Below, piece by piece: positions 16,755 to 23,954 of a stretch of 42,982 bases of DNA. Within the stretch, counting starts at the first letter, position 1. Every line of letters begins with the position of its first letter. The translations under genes were made by a program, and so were the position numbers. This stretch comes from a virus. The stretch lies in the IMG/VR virus record IMGVR_UViG_3300038701_001030, positions 1 through 42,982 of that record; one strand, 5' to 3'. The notes beneath the pieces are model-generated. The model saw only the letters and a program-made list of their open reading frames with translations, was not told the DNA's origin and searched no databases.

Positions 16755-17095
16755 TACTCTTCATCCCCGCTTCCGCTCGGCTGTCTGTAGCTGCTCGCGG
16801 CCTCGTTATTCGCATCCCAATAGAAAACTTCCCAGTAGCCACTCAATGAGTACCCCATGCTCCTATATAGTTTGCGGTATACCTCGCTGTTTTTTCCGAA
16901 TCCGAGGCAGTGAAGCAGGGGGCATAGATCGTTTAAACTAATATCAGCTAGTAGGTCTCGGACTCGTGGGTCGGCTTTCCAGCGAATGGTTCCGTTCTCG
17001 TAAATTTCAATCGGATGGTCATGATGCGATTCCCTTTCTAGCATTTCCGTATAGGCACAAGGGACTTGGTTTCTGGGTAATAGTTTTGGATACAT
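16754..17095 (-). CDS. Hypothetical protein
   Basis: 113-aa ORF whose stop shares one nt with the helicase start. No recognisable motif. Confidence 0.55.
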   Translation of the reverse strand: MYPKLLPRNQVPCAYTEMLERESHHDHPIEIYENGTIRWKADPRVRDLLADISLNDLCPLLHCLGFGKNSEVYRKLYRSMGYSLSGYWEVFYWDANNEAASSYRQPSGSGDEE

Positions 17096-17238
17096 TACTC
17101 GTTACCTCGGAAGTAATGGCCGAACCGTTGCGTTAGTTGCTCATATAAGAACATGCCCGCCAGTGCGGCAAGTACGAGCGCCATGCACGCCGTGCTGATA
17201 AGCACAACGCCGAGCCAAAATGCCAACATTATCTCCAT
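17095..17238 (-). CDS. Small single-pass membrane protein (below the ORF-track cutoff)
   Basis: Hand-translated as MEIMLAFWLGVVLISTACMALVLAALAGMFLYEQLTQRFGHYFRGNE (47 aa). Its stop overlaps the next ATG (TAATG), and it exactly fills the gap between two genes. Confidence 0.55.
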   Translation of the reverse strand: MEIMLAFWLGVVLISTACMALVLAALAGMFLYEQLTQRFGHYFRGNE

Positions 17239-17240
17239 GT

Positions 17241-17660
17241 TTATAATCCCTTCATAAAATTTTTAAATTCGTCTAAGTTATCGAACCACGTCGCCGTAAA
17301 TCCGTCTTTTATCAGTTCTCGTATTCTATAAAGCTGTAGCTTTGTCGGTTTCTCGCCAGGTGCTTTAAACTCAATAAAAACCGCCTCGCCGTTGCGTAAG
17401 AAAAGCCTGTCAGGCGTGCCGCGCTTGCCCGTTTTCGCGAGCTTGAAGAACGACCATCCACAAGCGTGGGCGAATTCAACCGCCTTTTTTTCTAGGGTTG
17501 ATTCTTTCAAGGACTTCTCCAACTTGGTTTGCTGTAATAGGTTGTACGGATAATTTGCCGCTGAAGGGCAACCGGACAACGGCGTAAGGTCTGCGCGCGG
17601 TGTTCGCGCGTGCCTGTGCATCGCGCACCAGTTCCGTAACTTTGATACTCTGTTTTTCAC
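17241..17660 (-). CDS. VRR-NUC domain nuclease (maximal ORF; the true start is probably internal)
   Basis: VRR-NUC signature EKKAVEFAHACGW...GTPDRLFL...VFIEFKAPGEKPTKLQ. The maximal ORF starts at a GTG without an RBS. A TTG at 17510 preceded by GGAG (17517-17520) would give a typical 89-aa protein. Confidence 0.7.
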   Translation of the reverse strand: MKNRVSKLRNWCAMHRHARTPRADLTPLSGCPSAANYPYNLLQQTKLEKSLKESTLEKKAVEFAHACGWSFFKLAKTGKRGTPDRLFLRNGEAVFIEFKAPGEKPTKLQLYRIRELIKDGFTATWFDNLDEFKNFMKGL

Positions 17661-17673
17661 TGTATAAACTCAT
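17476..17673 (-). CDS. Hypothetical 65-aa ORF coupled to the polymerase stop
   Basis: Its ATG overlaps the polymerase stop (ATGA). It overlaps the N-terminal extension of the VRR-NUC ORF in another frame, so only one of the two readings is likely real. Confidence 0.35.
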   Translation of the reverse strand: MSLYSEKQSIKVTELVRDAQARANTARRPYAVVRLPFSGKLSVQPITANQVGEVLERINPRKKGG

Positions 17674-19799
17674 TTTCTGTATGCCTCGCAGTGGAACCCC
17701 TCGGCCGCAATGGGCATGCCCGCCGCCCAGTCGGGTACGGTTTGTAAAAGTTCGGTAAACGTGTCGATCTTGTCGGCGTCGCCTTCGGATATAACTTCAT
17801 CGTGCACGGTTAAAACTATGAGGAACCCGCCGCGCTCAATAAGCCTCATGTTGTGCGCCATAATGTCGCGGCTCCATGACTGACATGCGTTCTCCACGAA
17901 CTTACCGCCGTACAAGTGTTGTACTGTCCACTGCTTAGTAACGCCGTCAACACCCATACACGTTAGCCCGTCTTTAGTTATGCGCGGGTTGTAGTAGGTC
18001 AGGTAGTTACCGGACGACATACGGCACAACAACCAGTTGTGGCTGTGTAAACTGCCGTAGATAAATGTAAGGTGTTCGCCCGCTTTGAATTCTAAGCCAG
18101 GGTGCTCTATCGCGTTTCGTGCTGCGTCCTCGCACGCGTGCCACAGTGACACAATGGCGGGGTGACGCGCTCGCCATGACAGTTTGACCGCTTCACTGGC
18201 GATCCATTCTAGTTCGTCGATATCTCCGGCGCGTTCCTGCCCCCACGTTTCGTAGTTATATTTTGCTTTTTCTATAATGTCGCTATCGAAAGTGGACGCG
18301 ATAACGTGCCAGTAATCCGACATTCGCACGCCGTAGGTTTTGGCGAATGTTTGGAGACCGCCCACGCCGCCCTGATAGCCGAGGGCTAGCTCTGGAACCT
18401 TACCGAATGTATTGCGGTTCGTGCTGTCGACATCGGCGGGGCGGCAGCCGAGAATACCGCCGGCGGTTATCTTGTATAAGTCGTCGCCGGTGCCGTTGTC
18501 GAACGCGCGAAACGCATCAAGTTTCCATTGCTCGCCTGCAAGGTACGCGTTAGCGCGTCCCTCAATGTTCGCGAGGTCAGCGACTAACAGCACTTTACCT
18601 TTCGGCGCTTTCACGACTGCGCGTAGTGCGGCGCTTCCGTGTAGCATTAGGTTTTCATGAGTAAAGTACTCGTACCCACCTTTTAAAGCGTCGATATATG
18701 AGTTGATGCGGTGCTGTTTAGGTAGCCCACGGCTCGGTAGATTCTGCGGTTGGAACGTACGACCCGCCCAGCGCCGCGTGCGACTCGCGCCGCAGAACTG
18801 AAGCCCGCCACGGAAACGGCCGTCTTTAGATATCGCGGGCGCAAGTTTCGCGTATTTGGCCGTGCTGGTTTTGTTAGCCTGCAGTGATAGCGTAATAAGT
18901 TCTTTGGCGGTTTCGGGTATGCTGGTGTTGAGTAGCGGTTCTAGTGTTGCTTTCTGCGTGTTTTCAATGCCTAGATTGTATGTGCTGTTTAAGTGGTCTA
19001 GGAACTTCGCCCGCTGCGTTGGCGTACATACGCCGCCCACTAATTGTTTAAACCTGTCTTTTATGCGTTTCTTTTCACGCTCTGAGGCCACCGCACCGGC
19101 TTCGACTAATTCGCGGTCGACTTCGAATCCACGGTCGTTAATGCGTTGGTCTAGGTGGTAATCCGCCCAGTTATCCGGCGAAGTGTTCCAAGTGGGTAAG
19201 CGTTTCGCTATCTCGCGCATAGCTTCCACGTCGCGGATTGCGTACTGCTTAAACCGTTCCCACTCTTCTGGGTGCGTGTATTTTGTGTAGCGCGTCGCGT
19301 TGTGGTTGCTGGGCGCAGGTTTACAGAATCGCTGTATATACTTCTTACCCTCTTTTACTTTGGCAAGGTTACTGCCTAACCCCATCACTTCACCTAGCTT
19401 GTCAAGCGAAGCGGGTAGGCCGTGCGCCATCGCCTGCACCATGATGCACTCCCACTCGGCAGGATCGAAGGTGCATAGTAACTCGTGGGCTAGTATCGTG
19501 CGGTCGAACATCGAGTTAAACGCGACTTTTTTACAATCGCGAGACGCTGCAAGTAACTTAAACTCTTCTAACTGTTTTTCGGCGTTCGGGTCGTCGTAGT
19601 AGCTGTCGTAGTCCAGCGGGTCAAAGTACCAATGTTCGTCGTAGTACTCTTCGGGCATAGTTAAGTCGATCAGTTGCACCGGCTCGTCATCGACGGCATA
19701 CGGGATTAACATCACTTCCGCCGTTTCCGCATAAGCGTACGTACCCGCGCTAATATCGCGTTTGTTATACGTTTCTGTGTCGAGCCATAGGGTGTGCAT
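17670..19799 (-). CDS. Family-A DNA polymerase with an N-terminal 3'-5' exonuclease domain
   Basis: 709 aa. Motifs seen: ExoI (LDTET), motif A (VADLANIEGR), motif B (RNTFGKVPELALGYQGG) and motif C (VLTVHDEV). Confidence 0.9.
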   Translation of the reverse strand: MHTLWLDTETYNKRDISAGTYAYAETAEVMLIPYAVDDEPVQLIDLTMPEEYYDEHWYFDPLDYDSYYDDPNAEKQLEEFKLLAASRDCKKVAFNSMFDRTILAHELLCTFDPAEWECIMVQAMAHGLPASLDKLGEVMGLGSNLAKVKEGKKYIQRFCKPAPSNHNATRYTKYTHPEEWERFKQYAIRDVEAMREIAKRLPTWNTSPDNWADYHLDQRINDRGFEVDRELVEAGAVASEREKKRIKDRFKQLVGGVCTPTQRAKFLDHLNSTYNLGIENTQKATLEPLLNTSIPETAKELITLSLQANKTSTAKYAKLAPAISKDGRFRGGLQFCGASRTRRWAGRTFQPQNLPSRGLPKQHRINSYIDALKGGYEYFTHENLMLHGSAALRAVVKAPKGKVLLVADLANIEGRANAYLAGEQWKLDAFRAFDNGTGDDLYKITAGGILGCRPADVDSTNRNTFGKVPELALGYQGGVGGLQTFAKTYGVRMSDYWHVIASTFDSDIIEKAKYNYETWGQERAGDIDELEWIASEAVKLSWRARHPAIVSLWHACEDAARNAIEHPGLEFKAGEHLTFIYGSLHSHNWLLCRMSSGNYLTYYNPRITKDGLTCMGVDGVTKQWTVQHLYGGKFVENACQSWSRDIMAHNMRLIERGGFLIVLTVHDEVISEGDADKIDTFTELLQTVPDWAAGMPIAAEGFHCEAYRK

Positions 19800-19801
19800 G
19801 T

Positions 19802-20335
19802 TTACGCTCGCAACTTCGCGTTAATGTGCTGCATTGTTGCCGATAGGTACTTGAACTCGTGGCGGGCGTCGTCCAACGCGGTATGCTCTACACCTTCGAA
19901 TGGTGTCGCTGTTCTGATATGCGGTGCTAGGGCTTCGAGGGTGCGCGCGTCGCGGACGTTCCAGAATTGCCAAGGGGGTTGCGCGCGGTACTGCTGGTAT
20001 GCGTTCTCGATAATAGAAACGTCAAACGTTGCACCGTTACCCCACGGATGCACGCCCCCGTTGCCGTTTACAAAATACTTAAGCTCTTTCAGAACGGCGG
20101 TTAGTGGCCGAGACCCGTTAAACGCTTCGTCACGTGCGGCGGCTTCCTGTTCGCTCCACCACTCTAACGTACGGAGCGAGTCGGTGCGGTCGGGTTGCGA
20201 TTCGCGGGAAATGCCTTCGTAAAATTCGGCTTTGACTTCGCCGGTGGCTAGGTCGCCGATCACTGCGCCTATGCTTAAAATTTTGGCCGTCTGTGCGGTG
20301 TCCGTTGTCTCGATATCAATCACTATGTCGTTCAT
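19802..20335 (-). CDS. DnaQ-like 3'-5' exonuclease
   Basis: 177 aa with ExoI (IDIETTD) and ExoIII (HTALDDARHE) motifs. Confidence 0.75.
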   Translation of the reverse strand: MNDIVIDIETTDTAQTAKILSIGAVIGDLATGEVKAEFYEGISRESQPDRTDSLRTLEWWSEQEAAARDEAFNGSRPLTAVLKELKYFVNGNGGVHPWGNGATFDVSIIENAYQQYRAQPPWQFWNVRDARTLEALAPHIRTATPFEGVEHTALDDARHEFKYLSATMQHINAKLRA

Positions 20336-20361
20336 GGTTTTTATCCCTTAGATTAAATCCA

Positions 20362-20377
20362 CCGCCCCGAAGGGCGG
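20362..20377 (-). promoter_or_regulatory. GC-rich UUCG-tetraloop hairpin between the SSB and exonuclease genes
   Basis: The minus-strand RNA reads CCGCCC-UUCG-GGGCGG (6-bp stem). There is no clean U tract, so this is more likely an attenuator or mRNA-stability element than a full terminator. Confidence 0.4.
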
Positions 20378-20394
20378 CTTGGTTTCAGTTACTA

Positions 20395-20991
20395 CTAACC
20401 AAACTGGTTAATAGCCGCGGCGGGCGGTTGCTGCGCCGGTGCTGCGTTCGCGGCGGTATCGGTCGCACCTGGCACCGCTCCGAACTCGGCGGCCACTTTA
20501 TCCTTGTCGACATGCGCGGCACTAAGTGGCTCGCCGTCGCCTGCGAACTGTACCGCGAGTAGTTCCGCGTTTACTCGCTTGCCGTGCTTGTTGTCCTGCG
20601 ACCATATACGCACTTTTATGTTCGCGTAACACCCGTCGTAGATTGGGTTGTTTTCGGCTTGGTCGCATGCTGTAGCGTTACCGAACAGTACAATAGGGCG
20701 GCCGTCGTCTACGTGCCGGTTTGCTGATAGGCCAAGGGTGCCGTACATTTCTGGTTTTACACGATCTTCACCGCTGCGTAAGCAGTACTTATCGCTAGGT
20801 AACCGATCGACGCCGAGATCTTTAGATGGCACCTCATTTACGTACTGCTCTAATTTCTGTACGTCGGCCGCGTTCGGGTCTAGCATGAACAACCCATTAT
20901 AGTTCTGCGGTTTGCCTGTCTCTTTGTTCCTCATCGGCGTAAATAGGTGGTTAAATCTTACGCGTACGTTTCTGATTAAAAATTCGCTCAT
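20395..20991 (-). CDS. ssDNA-binding protein (DUF2815-type)
   Basis: 198 aa. The N-terminal sequence NVRVRFNHLFTP... and its position next to the DUF2800 nuclease and PolA match a known phage replication module. Confidence 0.6.
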   Translation of the reverse strand: MSEFLIRNVRVRFNHLFTPMRNKETGKPQNYNGLFMLDPNAADVQKLEQYVNEVPSKDLGVDRLPSDKYCLRSGEDRVKPEMYGTLGLSANRHVDDGRPIVLFGNATACDQAENNPIYDGCYANIKVRIWSQDNKHGKRVNAELLAVQFAGDGEPLSAAHVDKDKVAAEFGAVPGATDTAANAAPAQQPPAAAINQFG

Positions 20992-21021
20992 GGTTGTGGT
21001 TCTCCGTTGTGGTTTTAGAAA

Positions 21022-22335
21022 TTACATGAATTGACTAATGTCGATCTCGGTTGTGGGTGCCGTCTCCGGCGCGGGTTGCTGCGTTGGTTGTGGTTGCTTG
21101 GTTGTCGCTTCCGGTTCGACCTTCCGTTCTAGCTGCGGTTTTTGGCCGCTGTCATCGATCGGTGCGAAGCCGTCCGTGGGTTTAGTGAACGTCACCGCTT
21201 TGCCGGCGGCAGATTCGGGTACTAGCTTTAATTTGCCAGGCGGTCGCGTGTAGTGTTTTTCTAACTTCGCTTCGTCAAGGCCTCGAATTTTCCACTCTTT
21301 TAGCGCCTGCGTCGGTGTCAACAGTTTTAATTTAAACCGCTCTTTTTCTTTAAACTTGGCGCGTGCGAGTACTTTCTCGGCTTTGTCCTCGTCTATCCAC
21401 TTTCGATTGCTCTGACCCTCGACGGCTTTCACCCCTGGCAACGTTTCACCGTTGCGGATCGCGTGTAGTGCGTTTTCTTCGACTGCGTCCAAGAACTTAC
21501 GAATAGCACCCGCGCTTAGCATTATTTGCGCGGTTTCTTCTTTGGTAAGCTCGGTCGCGTTACGTATTGTTAGCTGTTGTGTCATTGGTTTAAACCCCTC
21601 AATAGCTGCTAGTTGGGCTGTGTCTGCAAGTGCACGGCATGTCGGCTTAGCTTTACACCACCGGCAACCTTTCTCGCTGGGTGTGAACGTCGGCTCTTTA
21701 CTAAGTGCGCGGTCTACTGCGTGCTTTACTTTGACGCCGAAGTCGTACAGCTCGGCCGTGGTCAGCTCGTACACGTCGGCTTCGTCCCTAACTCTCGGTT
21801 GCCACACTACAAGCCTGATAGTGTCTATTTGTCCGTTGTCGTATTCTTCAAGCGCGCCGAGTGCGTAGAGTGAAAGCTGTTTATTCTGGTAGGCGTCCAC
21901 CGGCGTGTATCCATACTTAAGATCAACAACAGTCAATACGTTCTCGTGCACTGCGATATAGTCCGCCGTGCCGAACCCGTCGTGTGTCCACGTCGACAGG
22001 TCGACGCGTTGTTCTACGTGGTGTTCCCCTGGCAAGTTGCGGCAATAGTCAATATAGAGCTGTAAGGCTTCGACCATTTCCGTATCAACGATGATCGGCT
22101 CAATGAACTTTTCACCTTCCAGTGATTCGAACCGCTGACCTTTCCACTTGATAGCGTCGGTGCCGTTTAGTAAGCACTGTTCGGCGACGTGGTGCGCGAC
22201 GGTTCCCGTCTGAGCATGTATGCTGGGCGTGTCTGGTTTGCCTTCCTGTGCCTGAATAGCCGCCGCGCACGTCATCCACGTTTCTGCACCGGACGCGCCG
22301 AAGCGGTGGTGTTTAGGTGTCTGTTGCGTTCCCAT
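21022..22335 (-). CDS. PD-(D/E)XK nuclease (DUF2800 / Cas4-like Cys cluster)
   Basis: 437 aa with N-terminal FGASGAETWMTCAAA...GTVAHHVAEQ, central D..DLKYG, and CRWCKAKPTCRA. Confidence 0.65.
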   Translation of the reverse strand: MGTQQTPKHHRFGASGAETWMTCAAAIQAQEGKPDTPSIHAQTGTVAHHVAEQCLLNGTDAIKWKGQRFESLEGEKFIEPIIVDTEMVEALQLYIDYCRNLPGEHHVEQRVDLSTWTHDGFGTADYIAVHENVLTVVDLKYGYTPVDAYQNKQLSLYALGALEEYDNGQIDTIRLVVWQPRVRDEADVYELTTAELYDFGVKVKHAVDRALSKEPTFTPSEKGCRWCKAKPTCRALADTAQLAAIEGFKPMTQQLTIRNATELTKEETAQIMLSAGAIRKFLDAVEENALHAIRNGETLPGVKAVEGQSNRKWIDEDKAEKVLARAKFKEKERFKLKLLTPTQALKEWKIRGLDEAKLEKHYTRPPGKLKLVPESAAGKAVTFTKPTDGFAPIDDSGQKPQLERKVEPEATTKQPQPTQQPAPETAPTTEIDISQFM

Positions 22336-22565
22336 TAGTGCACCGCCTTGTTGAGTGCTGATTTTCGTTCTAAGTGCAACGTTACGAGCCCGTCGAGTAT
22401 TTCCGCTCGGGAGTCACTAGTGGTAAAGAAGTGCTTCATTTCGGCTATGATTGCTATTACCGTAAGCCGCTTTAGTTGCTCGTTAACTATACCGACGGCT
22501 TCCTCGCCTAATTGCAGTACAAGACGGCGGCGAGCCTCGCCTTGTATCCCTGTTGTGCCTAACAT
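22335..22565 (-). CDS. Hypothetical early protein
   Basis: 76-aa ORF sharing single nucleotides with both neighbouring genes. Confidence 0.5.
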   Translation of the reverse strand: MLGTTGIQGEARRRLVLQLGEEAVGIVNEQLKRLTVIAIIAEMKHFFTTSDSRAEILDGLVTLHLERKSALNKAVH

Positions 22566-22996
22566 TACGCCGCCGCTCCCGTGTTAGCCCCATATGTGTT
22601 GCATCGGTTGATAAACGCTTGACGGTTTTCAATTGCTAGATTGGGTATGCGTTGTGCACCGAATTCGGCGAATACGCCGGCCATAGCTTCACCGCCGAAC
22701 TTAGGCACGAACGCCGCTACCGCCGCTTGACATTCTTTATACAGCGGACTGTCGGCGCTCGTCGGGTCGGCGGGTTTGGCTTCTGGCGCGGGTTGTTGGG
22801 TTTGTTGTGCCGGCGGTTGCTGCGTCGCCTGCGCTATCTGCGCCGCTTGTGCCTGTTGCGCTGCGACTTGCTCGGCGACAGGTTGCGCTTGTGGTATTGC
22901 GTTGTTGGCTGCCGCTGGTGGCTGTAGTCCTTTTAAGAACGCGTTAGTTTGTTCTGTTAACGCGATAAGTTTTTCCAGTTGGCTTTCGATAGTCAT
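22565..22996 (-). CDS. Hypothetical early protein with a Q/A/P-rich linker
   Basis: 143 aa, the first long ORF of the leftward block, with a GGAG RBS. Its low-complexity centre shares TQQPAPE with the nuclease tail. Confidence 0.6.
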   Translation of the reverse strand: MTIESQLEKLIALTEQTNAFLKGLQPPAAANNAIPQAQPVAEQVAAQQAQAAQIAQATQQPPAQQTQQPAPEAKPADPTSADSPLYKECQAAVAAFVPKFGGEAMAGVFAEFGAQRIPNLAIENRQAFINRCNTYGANTGAAA

Positions 22997-23018
22997 GGTC
23001 TGATTCTCCGAGGTTTGG

Positions 23019-23252
23019 TTATTTAAAAATTTCTAACGGGAAAACGGCCTCGCGCTGGAGACTGTTTTTAATCTGTTTGTAGGCGCGTAGTTTTCGACGG
23101 TAGCGGCCTAAACGGGCGCTGGGTGTGGTTTTGTTGTTGAGTACACACAGCCACGATAGGCGGTGATTTTTATTATTCGATAGCCGGCAATGCAGCAAAC
23201 GGTCAGCGGTAAGCGGTTTTTTGGCCGGGTTGTTCTTTGTGAAAAATACCAT
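23019..23252 (-). CDS. Very basic 77-aa ORF (doubtful; possible N-like or spurious)
   Basis: Arg/Lys-rich (GRYRRKLRAYKQIK). It lies between the tRNA-like gene and the early operon, and no convincing RBS was seen. Confidence 0.25.
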   Translation of the reverse strand: MVFFTKNNPAKKPLTADRLLHCRLSNNKNHRLSWLCVLNNKTTPSARLGRYRRKLRAYKQIKNSLQREAVFPLEIFK

Positions 23253-23272
23253 TTTCGTGTTCCTTGTTTCGC

Positions 23273-23300
23273 GTTACTGGTTACTGGTTACTGATTACTT
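23273..23300. repeat. Tandem heptamers (GTTACTG)x3 plus ATTACTT
   Basis: Copies at 23273-23279, 23280-23286 and 23287-23293, then a degenerate fourth unit. The array lies about 10 nt from the 3' end of the tRNA-like gene. Confidence 0.9.
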
Positions 23301-23309
23301 AAAACTAAG

Positions 23310-23383
23310 TGCAAGGGGGCGGGATTCGAACCCGCGACCCGCGATCTTTGTGTCGCTTGCTCTTCCCACTGAGCTACCCCTCG
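23310..23383 (-). tRNA. tRNA-like gene with a non-canonical anticodon arm (isotype undetermined)
   Basis: Reverse complement: G-CGAGGGG-TA-GCTC-AGTGGGAA-GAGC-A-AGCGA-CACAAAGA-TCGCG-GGTC-GCGGG-TTCGAAT-CCCGC-CCCCTTG-C. The acceptor, D and T arms are canonical. The anticodon stem core GCGA/TCGC encloses 8 nt with no U. Confidence 0.6.
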
Positions 23384-23684
23384 CATTGTTTTTAAAGCAG
23401 AGGACGGGACGGGCGTTTCGTCATTTGGTGGGTGTTTACTCCGCGAATGAAATGTCACACCTGCCCCGTCTTGCTGTATGCGTCGGAGATTGCCTACTTG
23501 AGCGCTCGTTCGTGCAATCTCGTTTGCATGTGCTTAAGGTACACCCTAGAAAGGGGTATGACAAGCACATTTCAAGGGTATTTAATGCCCTTTAGTTATC
23601 GAGCGGGGGTGGTTGTGGTGTGTTTATGCTAGAGAATACGGCAGTTTTGGGCGGTTTTATGCTTGGGTACTTAAAGCACCAGTT

Positions 23685-23858
23685 TTAAGATTTAAGCGGC
23701 AACGGTTGCCGGAGTAGGGCGTTTATTTGGGCTTGTAATTCGTCACGCTGTTCAGGCGTTAAGCACTCCCAAGCCGCCGCGACGCTTGTGTTTTCAAGGG
23801 TTATGAGTGTTTTTTGCTCGTGGGGTAGGTTGAGCCAAGGTGGTGTATTTAAATCCAT
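23685..23858 (-). CDS. Small hypothetical protein (57 aa, below the ORF-track cutoff)
   Basis: Hand-translated as MDLNTPPWLNLPHEQKTLITLENTSVAAAWECLTPEQRDELQAQINALLRQPLPLKS. It has non-biased composition and the same orientation as the repressor gene. Confidence 0.45.
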   Translation of the reverse strand: MDLNTPPWLNLPHEQKTLITLENTSVAAAWECLTPEQRDELQAQINALLRQPLPLKS

Positions 23859-23897
23859 TACCGCTTTCCATGAATAATACTGAATAAGATGGCGGTA

Positions 23898-23927
23898 ATA
23901 TTACGGAATATCTAAACGAATTGTAAA
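23898..23927 (-). promoter_or_regulatory. Candidate sigma70 promoter (TTTACA-N18-TAATAT) with an overlapping 10-bp palindrome
   Basis: On the minus strand, -35 is at 23927-23922 and -10 at 23903-23898. The perfect palindrome GTAATATTAC (23895-23904) overlaps the -10. Confidence 0.35.
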
Positions 23928-23954
23928 TTAGTGTTAACCCGAGGGGGTGTGAGA

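Noticed and set aside
17670-22335. A 2-aminoadenine (Z-base) or other hypermodification pathway associated with the PolA / DUF2800 / SSB module.
   Set aside because: No PurZ-, DatZ- or MazZ-like genes and no nucleotide-metabolism genes were seen. Only the odd C5-MTase-like ORF hints at any DNA modification.
23310-23383. The tRNA-like gene as the attP core, implying integration into a host tRNA.
   Set aside because: It is more than 10 kb from int/xis and appears to be a full-length cloverleaf, not a 3' fragment. The AT-rich repeat region next to int is the better attP candidate.
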